Positions 17,477 through 24,715 of a stretch of 41,292 nucleotides of DNA are shown here, in pieces. Each line of letters begins with the position of its first letter. The stretch's first letter is position 1. The stretch comes from an uncultured Candidatus Saccharibacteria bacterium (GTDB taxonomy: Bacteria > Patescibacteriota > Minisyncoccia > 2-02-FULL-40-12): NCBI GenBank assembly GCA_964361105.1, contig CAYHZG010000001.1:1-41292 (forward strand), in the 5' to 3' direction. Under the pieces are notes generated by a model, which saw nothing but the letters and a program-made list of their open reading frames with translations, ran no database searches and had not been told where the DNA came from. The translations under genes and the position numbers were made by a program.

Positions 17477-18582
17477 ATAAAAAAATCACTTTATTCAATA
17501 CTTATATCCATACTTCGGCCTTTAAAAACGTAAAATCAGTTTTGGATTCTGGTTTCTTAAGCGAAGGGAAATTGGTAAAGGAATTCGAAAAAGAATTATC
17601 GGAGAAATTGGGGTTGACTAATCCCGTGGCCGTAAATTCCGGCACCAGCGCCCTTCATTTGGCTCTTGTTTTAGCCGGAGTTGGCCCAGGCGACGAAGTT
17701 ATCCTGCCAAGCCAGACTTTTATTGCCACCGGCCTTGCGGTTCTGTATGTTGGCGCTAAACCGGTTTTCGCCGACATTGAATATGACACCGGGAATATTG
17801 ACCCAAAAGACATCAAAAGAAAAATAACCAAAAAAACCAAAGCCATAATCCCAGTTCATTGGAATGGCTATCCTTGCGACCTGGACGAAATAAATAAAAT
17901 TGCCAAAGGCCATAAACTTATAGTTATAGAAGACGCCGCGAGGGCCCTGGGCGCAACCTATAAAGGAAAACCAATCGGCTCTTTATCTCATTTCACTTGT
18001 TTCTCGTTTCAAGCGATTAAACATCTGACTACCGGGGACGGCGGCGCTATCTGCTCTAAGAATCTATTAGATGCTAAAAAATCAAAAACATTGCGCTGGT
18101 TTGGGATTAATCGAGAAAAGGCTAAACCGTCACTTCTTGGAGAAAGAATATTTAATATTTCTGAAATAGGTTATAAATATCATCTCAATGATTATGCGGC
18201 CGCCTTTGGCTCAGCCAATCTTGAAAATTTCAAAAAACGAATTGCCAAGAGACAGAGATTTGCCGCGATGTATAAAAAAGCACTCGGCAAAATTCCCGGC
18301 ATCCAACTTTTCAAAGAAGATAACTACTGCAAAAGCGCTTATTTTCTTTTTGGCCTGCATGTGGAGCGAAGAAATAATTTCATTAGAGCCCTGAAAGATA
18401 AAGGCATACCGACGACAATTGATACATTCGGCCTTAACCATCATAAAGTATTTTCTAAATATAAAACTAATTTACCGGTTAATAAAAAGTTTAACGAAAC
18501 CCAAATAAATCTGCCGGTTCATGACGGCCTAACTGAAAAAAAAATCAAATATATAATTGACATTATTAAAAAGGGGTGGTAA
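17473..18582 (+). CDS. DegT/DnrJ/EryC1/StrS-family PLP-dependent sugar aminotransferase
   Basis: NSGTSALHLAL and IEDAARALGA, with the PLP-lysine context FSFQAIKHLTTGDGG. Confidence 0.9.
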   Translation: MNKKITLFNTYIHTSAFKNVKSVLDSGFLSEGKLVKEFEKELSEKLGLTNPVAVNSGTSALHLALVLAGVGPGDEVILPSQTFIATGLAVLYVGAKPVFADIEYDTGNIDPKDIKRKITKKTKAIIPVHWNGYPCDLDEINKIAKGHKLIVIEDAARALGATYKGKPIGSLSHFTCFSFQAIKHLTTGDGGAICSKNLLDAKKSKTLRWFGINREKAKPSLLGERIFNISEIGYKYHLNDYAAAFGSANLENFKKRIAKRQRFAAMYKKALGKIPGIQLFKEDNYCKSAYFLFGLHVERRNNFIRALKDKGIPTTIDTFGLNHHKVFSKYKTNLPVNKKFNETQINLPVHDGLTEKKIKYIIDIIKKGW

Positions 18583-18614
18583 AAATCAATTCAGTTTCTT
18601 TCCAAGGAGTCGAC

Positions 18615-19490
18615 ATGGAAATTTCCTACAGACCAGCCAAAAAAGAAGACGTCCCTCAACTGGTGGCGCTATTTAACGCCCAATACCCCCGGAAAAAAGA
18701 CGAAACCCAGGTTTTGTGGCAATACTTTGGTTCTTTTTACCCGACTGTGTGCTACTGCGCCTTTTCTGAAAGCACCTTGGTCGGAGCGTTCACCGTTCAA
18801 AAAAGACTTCTCACTGACGGAACAGTCATAGGCCACCTAATTGACCTAATGGTTGCGCCAGAATGGAGAAATCAGGGGATCTTTAGAGCTCTGGGTGTAA
18901 AGGCGATTGAACATTTTCCAGATCTTGAGGTAGTGACGGTTTTGCCGAATCGGAGCGGCAAAGTTGCCAGTGAAAAAGCATTCGGCCTCCGCACCCTGGC
19001 TAAAATTGATGACTTGATTATCCAAAAACTGTCATCAATTGGTCAAACAACCAACGTCCCGCCTGGTGAAAAAATGGTACGTTACCAAGGCGGGCCGGAG
19101 TATGAAAAGTGGCGGTACGATGAAAATCCCAGATACCGCTATGAACGAATCAGGCTGCCAGACGGCTCTTACGTCGTGGCTAAATTGTTCACCGATCCTA
19201 CAACCGGCGAACAGTTCTGGGATATTGTTAACTACCAGCTGGCTGGCCAGGGCACAGAAATGAGAAAACTCTTTGCTCTGACGGTAGAAACTCTGTCAAA
19301 AAGAGGTCAAGTTAGAATATCAACCTGGGCCCTGCCCCATACCCCGCTCCATAAAGTTCTGACTGGTCTCGATGCCCAACCTTTGGCTCGAGAACGTTAT
19401 TTCTGCGTCAAAGTGCTGAATCCCAAACGAGAATATCTATATGATATCACTCGTTGGGAACTGGTGCCGGCTGATGCGGAAATCTACTAA
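18615..19490 (+). CDS. GNAT-family N-acetyltransferase with C-terminal extension
   Basis: AAGGAG SD at 18604-18609, then ATG 18615. Acetyl-CoA motif RNQGIFRALG. GC is higher than in the flanking genes. Confidence 0.65.
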   Translation: MEISYRPAKKEDVPQLVALFNAQYPRKKDETQVLWQYFGSFYPTVCYCAFSESTLVGAFTVQKRLLTDGTVIGHLIDLMVAPEWRNQGIFRALGVKAIEHFPDLEVVTVLPNRSGKVASEKAFGLRTLAKIDDLIIQKLSSIGQTTNVPPGEKMVRYQGGPEYEKWRYDENPRYRYERIRLPDGSYVVAKLFTDPTTGEQFWDIVNYQLAGQGTEMRKLFALTVETLSKRGQVRISTWALPHTPLHKVLTGLDAQPLARERYFCVKVLNPKREYLYDITRWELVPADAEIY

Positions 19491-19520
19491 GCCGCGAATG
19501 GACATTTCGCGGCTTTTCCC
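19489..19520 (+). terminator. putative intrinsic terminator
   Basis: 10-bp stem AAGCCGCGAA (19489-19498) / TTCGCGGCTT (19506-19515) with a 7-nt loop. The T-run is short (TTTT, partly inside the stem). The stem overlaps the GNAT stop codon. Confidence 0.5.
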
Positions 19521-19537
19521 TACAATCAATATTATTA

Positions 19538-20434
19538 ATGAACGACATAGAACTATCATATGTGATAACTACCCGAAATAAATTCCCTTATCTTAAAGGA
19601 GCTTTGGAGCGGCTAATTCAAAATGTCCAAGAAGATGAGGAAATTATTGTAGCAGATGGAGGCAGCACTGACGGGACAAAAGAATATCTTGGCCAGCTTT
19701 ATCAAGCCGGCAAAATCCATCAATTTATTTCCGAACCTGACCAAAATGAAGCTCACGGATTTAATAAATGTTTTCTTAAAGCCAGGGGCGAGCTTATAAA
19801 AATAATTTCAGACGACGACGTATTTTATTATCCGGCTATTCAGGAATGCAAAAAATTCATGCTTGAACATCCAGAGTACGATCTTTTGGGAACTGATGGC
19901 GTTGCGGTGCACTGGCACCATGCTCAACCCTTTAAAAAAACAGATTTTTTCAAACAATACCTGTCGTGGAAGGATAAAAAAACACCCTTTGCTTTCTGCG
20001 GCCTTGGCCTGATGCTCCGAAAAAATTCCCTTGCCCTTACCGGATTATTCAATCCCTTCTTCAGAAACACTGACGGCGAGTTCACCTTACGGACCACCAG
20101 CACCAGAGGAATAAATCTTGCTTGGTACACCGGCCCTTTGTGGGCCTGGATTTTAAATAAAAAAAGCAACACTAAACTTTTAAGAAAAAGAGTGGAACAA
20201 GAAATTGATCTTTACAGCAAAACCTATCTGGCTCTAACCTCAAATAAAATAAAATCTTTTGCCAAACCCGGACTAATTCAATCAGGTAAAATATGGCTTT
20301 GGCAATTAAGTAGAAGGGTGGGTCTGAAAAAACCGTTTTCCCAAGATTCGATCCCGCCGATTGATATTGGCTATGAACGCTCTTATAACTGGCTTAAAGA
20401 AGAACAAGGAAAAAATCCGGGTAAATTTTTATGA
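19538..20434 (+). CDS. glycosyltransferase family 2 (GT-A fold)
   Basis: SYVITTRNK..VADGGSTDGT..ISDDDV pattern. Confidence 0.8.
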   Translation: MNDIELSYVITTRNKFPYLKGALERLIQNVQEDEEIIVADGGSTDGTKEYLGQLYQAGKIHQFISEPDQNEAHGFNKCFLKARGELIKIISDDDVFYYPAIQECKKFMLEHPEYDLLGTDGVAVHWHHAQPFKKTDFFKQYLSWKDKKTPFAFCGLGLMLRKNSLALTGLFNPFFRNTDGEFTLRTTSTRGINLAWYTGPLWAWILNKKSNTKLLRKRVEQEIDLYSKTYLALTSNKIKSFAKPGLIQSGKIWLWQLSRRVGLKKPFSQDSIPPIDIGYERSYNWLKEEQGKNPGKFL

Positions 20435-21438
20435 CTATACTAATCGTAAAACTGGGCGCAGCCGGAGATGTCATTCGCACCACGGCCATCCTGCCAGGGC
20501 TTAAGGAAAAATATAAAAAAGCGGCTATTGACTGGATCACTGAAAAAAAACATGTTGATTTGCTCCGGGGGAATCCATACCTTCGGAATATTTTTGTTTT
20601 TGACGACCACAAATTATTCTCAAACCACAAATACAACTTAATAATCGATCTGGATGCTGATTTAGGGGTTTCAAAAGTGATTTCTTTAATGAAAACTGAT
20701 AGACTTTTCGGTACTTATGCTAATAGCGACAAGCTCGTCTATACCAAAGATTCGCGGCCCTGGTTTGATTTAGGGCTTCTTTCCAGATTCGGGAAAGAAA
20801 AAGCAGACATCCTCAAAGCCAAAAACAGAAAAACCTACCAAGAACTCTGCTATCAAATGCTCAAACTGTCTTATCGCCAACAACGGCCCCAGTTAACTCT
20901 TTCCCGCCATGACCTTGAATACGGCCGATTATTTTCCCACCTCAACAATATAAGAAAGGGTGATTTTGTAGTCGGTATAAACACCGGTGCCGGGACAAAA
21001 TGGCTTCATAAAAAACTGGATATGACTGACACAATCAAAGTCATTGAAAAAGTTAAAGAAAGATTTCCTAAATCAAAAATCATTCTTCTGGGCGGACCGG
21101 AAGAGATAGAACGAAATAGAAAAATCAAATTAAAACTGCCTTATGTGATTGACGCCAGTGGGAATCAAACCTTTATGCAATTCGCCTCTCTTATTAATCT
21201 CTGCGGTATTTTGATAACCAGCGATAGTCTGGGAATGCATCTGGCTACGGCTTTGAATAAAAAAATAATCGCTTTCTTCTCCCCTACTTCACCCTGGGAA
21301 ATTGAACTCTATGATACAGGGGTAAAAGTTCTGCCGGTAAAAGGGTGTTTGGCTTGCTACCACCGCCGCTGCCAAACAAAACCTCAATTTGACTTAAATC
21401 ATTTTATAGAATCGATTGAAAAGCCAAAATTAATTTAA
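20431..21438 (+). CDS. glycosyltransferase family 9 (heptosyltransferase)
   Basis: N-terminal ILIVKLGAAGDVIRTTAILPGLKEKY and C-terminal ITSDSLGMHLATALNKKIIAFFSPTSP are classic GT9 blocks. Confidence 0.85.
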   Translation: MTILIVKLGAAGDVIRTTAILPGLKEKYKKAAIDWITEKKHVDLLRGNPYLRNIFVFDDHKLFSNHKYNLIIDLDADLGVSKVISLMKTDRLFGTYANSDKLVYTKDSRPWFDLGLLSRFGKEKADILKAKNRKTYQELCYQMLKLSYRQQRPQLTLSRHDLEYGRLFSHLNNIRKGDFVVGINTGAGTKWLHKKLDMTDTIKVIEKVKERFPKSKIILLGGPEEIERNRKIKLKLPYVIDASGNQTFMQFASLINLCGILITSDSLGMHLATALNKKIIAFFSPTSPWEIELYDTGVKVLPVKGCLACYHRRCQTKPQFDLNHFIESIEKPKLI

Positions 21439-21441
21439 TAA

Positions 21442-21789
21442 ATGTTTACCAAAGGCAAAGACCTAAAAAAAGAACTAACCAGCCACGGGAAAAATATTCC
21501 TCTTCTTAAAAAAGTTTTCTTGGCCAAAGGCGTCGTACCTCGTATTATGCAAGTGGCAGAAAGCGAATTCAGCGAAGTTTGCAGTATGAAAGACAACTGC
21601 CACAGCCATCCGACAATGTGGGAGCTTTATTACGTTTTAGAAGGTGAGGCAAAATATTTTGTCGGAGATGAAATTTATAAAGTTATGCCCGGTGATTTCG
21701 TTGCGGTCGCGCCAAACACGCCTCATTATCAAGAAATAACCAAAGCCCCGCACCGAATACTTTATTGGGGCATCGCAGTTGAAGACTAA
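21442..21789 (+). CDS. small cupin-domain protein (possible NDP-keto-sugar isomerase/epimerase)
   Basis: HSHPTMWELYYVLEGE and PNTPHY form a two-motif cupin metal site. Confidence 0.65.
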   Translation: MFTKGKDLKKELTSHGKNIPLLKKVFLAKGVVPRIMQVAESEFSEVCSMKDNCHSHPTMWELYYVLEGEAKYFVGDEIYKVMPGDFVAVAPNTPHYQEITKAPHRILYWGIAVED

Positions 21790-21796
21790 AAATATC

Positions 21797-21825
21797 TTGA
21801 CAAAAACTACTCTTTTTGTTAAAAG
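21797..21825 (+). promoter_or_regulatory. sigma70-like promoter in front of the P-loop kinase gene
   Basis: Perfect -35 TTGACA (21797-21802), 17-nt spacer, then TAAAAG (21820-21825, 4/6 match). Confidence 0.4.
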
Positions 21826-21858
21826 AGGTTAGCACAAAACAGAAAAGAGGTGATAAAA

Positions 21859-22437
21859 GTGCTTAAAAAGCCGACAATCGTGGTCATCTGCGGGTGGCCT
21901 TGTTCAGGGAAAAGCGCAGTGGCTCGGGAACTAAGAAAAAGCATCCCAATGCATTTGATTGACAGCGACGAGACGCGGCAATTCGCTGTCGGCGGATTCA
22001 ATCCAAACTGGGAAGCTACTGAAGAAGCGCGGCGTCAAAATCAACAAGAAATGGCGCTCTGTTACGACATTGCCCACCGGGCTGCAGCTACCCACGCCAA
22101 GCTGGGTAAACACCTGATGCTTACCTTTCTGTACACCAGCCCGACTTCATGGAAGTTCCTCCGTGAAGCGCTATCGCCATACCCAGACACAGCGCTGAAA
22201 GTAATCTGGTGTTATCCTGGCTTTGATGACGAATCTCGAATCAGGACTATTCTGGAAAAACGAGTAACCGAAGGGTACTTCGGCGGATCGCAGACTTATG
22301 AACACTATTGCTACAACAAGTCTCAATTCCATCCGCCCGAGGTCCCCCATCTCAAGGTCCTGACTTTCGTTCAAACACCAGAAGAGTGCGCCCGGCAGGC
22401 CCTAAACTACATTCTGACACTAGAACCTTCTGCCTAA
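21859..22437 (+). CDS. P-loop NTPase/kinase (AAA_33 / zeta-toxin-like fold)
   Basis: Walker A GWPCSGKS, and DSDE. RBS AAGAGGTGA followed by GTG 21859; the ORF-track start 21850 lies inside the RBS. GC is clearly above that of the neighbours. Confidence 0.6.
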   Translation: MLKKPTIVVICGWPCSGKSAVARELRKSIPMHLIDSDETRQFAVGGFNPNWEATEEARRQNQQEMALCYDIAHRAAATHAKLGKHLMLTFLYTSPTSWKFLREALSPYPDTALKVIWCYPGFDDESRIRTILEKRVTEGYFGGSQTYEHYCYNKSQFHPPEVPHLKVLTFVQTPEECARQALNYILTLEPSA

Positions 22438-22440
22438 CAC

Positions 22441-22481
22441 CGAGCTCCGAGGCCTTTGACTTCGGAGCTCGCTTTTTTATT
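22441..22481 (+). terminator. Rho-independent terminator
   Basis: Perfect 10-bp stem CGAGCTCCGA (22441-22450) / TCGGAGCTCG (22462-22471), followed by CTTTTTTATT. Confidence 0.8.
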
Positions 22482-22498
22482 GAGATAACATCTTAATT

Positions 22499-23485
22499 AT
22501 GATAAGAATACTAAAAATGAAATCAAAATTAAAAACCTTGCCTCAACTGGTAAATCTTAGAAAAAAACTTAAAACCGCCGGCAAAAAGGTTGTTTTAACC
22601 TACGGAATATTCGATAAAATTCATTCCGGAACTCTGCAATATTTAAAAAAAGTTAAATCATACGGTGACATCATTTTTTTACTCGTCTCAAGCGACAAAG
22701 CCGTTAATACTAAGCTTAGCCAAAAACAACGGCTTGAAACAATAAATAAGCTAGATTTTATAGATCATGTCTCACTTTTTGACAGCATGATTCCAGATAA
22801 AGAAGTAAATCAAATTAAGCCTGATGTTTACTGTGATTTTATTGACCGGGGCCAAAACAGCAAAGAAGCCAGTATTATTAAATCATATGGAGGAAAAATA
22901 AAGATCGTCCCTATCTTTCCTGATCCATTTTTTAAAAAACAAACTATTTTTAGTGATAAAACAAGAATGCCGGCAATATTTTTAGACCGGGACGGAACTA
23001 TTAATAAAAATAAAGAAGGAACTTATGTCACTACTCCCAATGAGTTTGAATTTCTACCAGGAGTATTAGATGCTCTTAAAAAAATCTACCAATCAAAAAA
23101 ATATAAAATCGTCGTCATCACGAATCAAAGCGGCATTGAACGAAAACTATTTACTCATAATGACTTGAATAAAATTCATGATCATATGATGGAAAAACTA
23201 GATGGATCAGGCGTAAAAATTGATGGCATTTACTATTGCCCTCATCATCCAAAAAATATCTGTAGTTGTCGCAAGCCAGAAACTGGAATGGTTATTAAGG
23301 CCGCATCTGAACATAACATTAATCTTGAAAAAAGCTGGTTTGTTGGAGACAAACATATTGATGTATTAACTGGCTACTTGACGGGAACTAAAACAGTTAA
23401 ACTTGGCTCAAAAGTAAAGGGCACTAAACCAAATTTTTACGCTAAAAACTTAAATGATGCAGTTGAAAAAATATTAAAAACTTAG
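22499..23485 (+). CDS. gmhB: fusion protein: HldC-like nucleotidyltransferase domain (degenerate HxGH) + D,D-heptose-1,7-bisphosphate phosphatase (GmhB)
   Basis: The N-terminal half has VVLTYGIFDKIHSGTLQYL, an RfaE-II-like block in which HxGH reads HSGT. The C-terminal half has FLDRDGTINK, VITNQSGI, CPHHPKNICSCRKPETGM (zinc loop) and VGDKHIDV. Confidence 0.75.
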   Translation: MIRILKMKSKLKTLPQLVNLRKKLKTAGKKVVLTYGIFDKIHSGTLQYLKKVKSYGDIIFLLVSSDKAVNTKLSQKQRLETINKLDFIDHVSLFDSMIPDKEVNQIKPDVYCDFIDRGQNSKEASIIKSYGGKIKIVPIFPDPFFKKQTIFSDKTRMPAIFLDRDGTINKNKEGTYVTTPNEFEFLPGVLDALKKIYQSKKYKIVVITNQSGIERKLFTHNDLNKIHDHMMEKLDGSGVKIDGIYYCPHHPKNICSCRKPETGMVIKAASEHNINLEKSWFVGDKHIDVLTGYLTGTKTVKLGSKVKGTKPNFYAKNLNDAVEKILKT

Positions 23486-23501
23486 TAAAGTACTTAAACC
23501 T

Positions 23502-24422
23502 ATGAAAAAAATCGTTGTTCTTGGCGGCACCGGGTTTCATGGAAGCCATGTTGTCCGGTTGGCTAAAGAAAAAGGGTATAATGTTCATTCAATCTCGCGG
23601 CGCGAAGGAACCGACATTCGCGACTACTCTCAATTCTCCGCTAAACTAAAAGAAATCCAGCCAGATGCCATTATTGACTGCGCCGGCCACGAAGGCAGTG
23701 TTCATTATGTCAATCAGCATGCCGCTGAAGTGGCTTACGATACTTTCCAGATGGCTCTTAACCTTTACCGGGCTGTGGCTGAAGTTTGCCCAAAGGCAGT
23801 GGTCATAAACGCATTAGGTAATTGCTCTTACCCTGGAGATGCGACCGTGGCCAAAGAATCAGAGTGGCTTTCGGGCCCGGTTCATGAGTCGGTTTTGGCT
23901 TCGGGAATGGAAAAAAGAGTTAAATATGTTTTGGCTGAATCTTTTTACAAACAGCACGGCATTAAATCAGTAAATTGGATTATGTCCAACTGCTACGGTC
24001 CCGGCGCCGGCACCGACCCCAATAAATTGCATGCCATGAACGGCATCATTATCCGGCTTCTGACCGCTCAAAAAAACGGCGATAAAAAATTTGAAATCTG
24101 GGGCACCGGCAGACCAATTCGGGAATGGGTCTATGTTGAAGACGCGGCAAAGATTCTGGTTGATTCCGTAGAAATGCCGGAGCAAATTTATCCGGTCAAT
24201 TTCGCCCAGAAAAAAGGCTACTCAATCAAAGAAATAGCCGAAATGGCCTCCCGCGAACTTAATTACCCCGCTCAATTCGTTTTTAATACTTCAAAGCCAG
24301 ACGGCGCGCCGATAAAAATATTAGATGATGCCCAGTTCCGGGCTAAATACCCGGATTTTAAATTCACGTCGATTGAACAAGGAATTAAAAAAACAATAGA
24401 ATACTATTTATCCCGCACATAA
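23502..24422 (+). CDS. extended-SDR epimerase/reductase, GDP-L-fucose synthase (Fcl)-like
   Basis: GGTGFHGS and NCYGPGAGTDPNKLHAMNGIIIRL..IWGTGRPIREWVYVEDAA. The last three codons and the TAA lie inside the left inverted-repeat arm. Confidence 0.75.
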   Translation: MKKIVVLGGTGFHGSHVVRLAKEKGYNVHSISRREGTDIRDYSQFSAKLKEIQPDAIIDCAGHEGSVHYVNQHAAEVAYDTFQMALNLYRAVAEVCPKAVVINALGNCSYPGDATVAKESEWLSGPVHESVLASGMEKRVKYVLAESFYKQHGIKSVNWIMSNCYGPGAGTDPNKLHAMNGIIIRLLTAQKNGDKKFEIWGTGRPIREWVYVEDAAKILVDSVEMPEQIYPVNFAQKKGYSIKEIAEMASRELNYPAQFVFNTSKPDGAPIKILDDAQFRAKYPDFKFTSIEQGIKKTIEYYLSRT

Positions 24423-24429
24423 ATTGGAC
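24411..24429. repeat. left arm of a perfect 19-bp inverted repeat (TCCCGCACATAAATTGGAC)
   Basis: Exact reverse complement of 24684-24702, read directly from the sequence. Confidence 0.95.
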
Positions 24430-24684
24430 ATGTATTATGTTTATTTAATAAAAAGTGTTAAAAATAGAAAGTTATATCTTGGTTGTACAAATGATCTAGA
24501 AAATCGTTTACTAAAACATAATGCCGGTAAAATTTATTCAACCAAAAGAGATACACCTTTCGAACTCGTCTACTGTGAAATATATAAATCAAAAGATGAT
24601 GCCTTTGGCCGCGAACAGAAGCTTAAGTATTATGGTCAAGGTTTCCGTCGACTAAAAGAACGTCTTAAGAACAGCTTGAAATAG
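24430..24684 (+). CDS. GIY-YIG nuclease-family protein (YhbQ/UPF0213-type, 84 aa)
   Basis: YYVYLIKS..KLYLGCTNDLENRLLKHN..YSTKRDTPFELVYCE..REQKLK matches the GIY-YIG core. ATG 24430 is preferred over the TTG 24424 inside the repeat arm. Confidence 0.85.
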   Translation: MYYVYLIKSVKNRKLYLGCTNDLENRLLKHNAGKIYSTKRDTPFELVYCEIYKSKDDAFGREQKLKYYGQGFRRLKERLKNSLK

Positions 24685-24702
24685 TCCAATTTATGTGCGG
24701 GA
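24684..24702. repeat. right arm of a perfect 19-bp inverted repeat (GTCCAATTTATGTGCGGGA)
   Basis: Exact reverse complement of 24411-24429. It overlaps the last base of the GIY-YIG stop codon. Confidence 0.95.
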
Positions 24703-24715
24703 CAAGCAAAACAAT

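Larger units (their letters stand above)
24411..24702. mobile_element. candidate miniature element: inverted repeat, GIY-YIG ORF, inverted repeat (292 bp)
   Basis: The 19/19 inverted termini enclose only the nuclease ORF, and the unit sits between two operon genes. Mobility is inferred, not shown. Confidence 0.35.
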
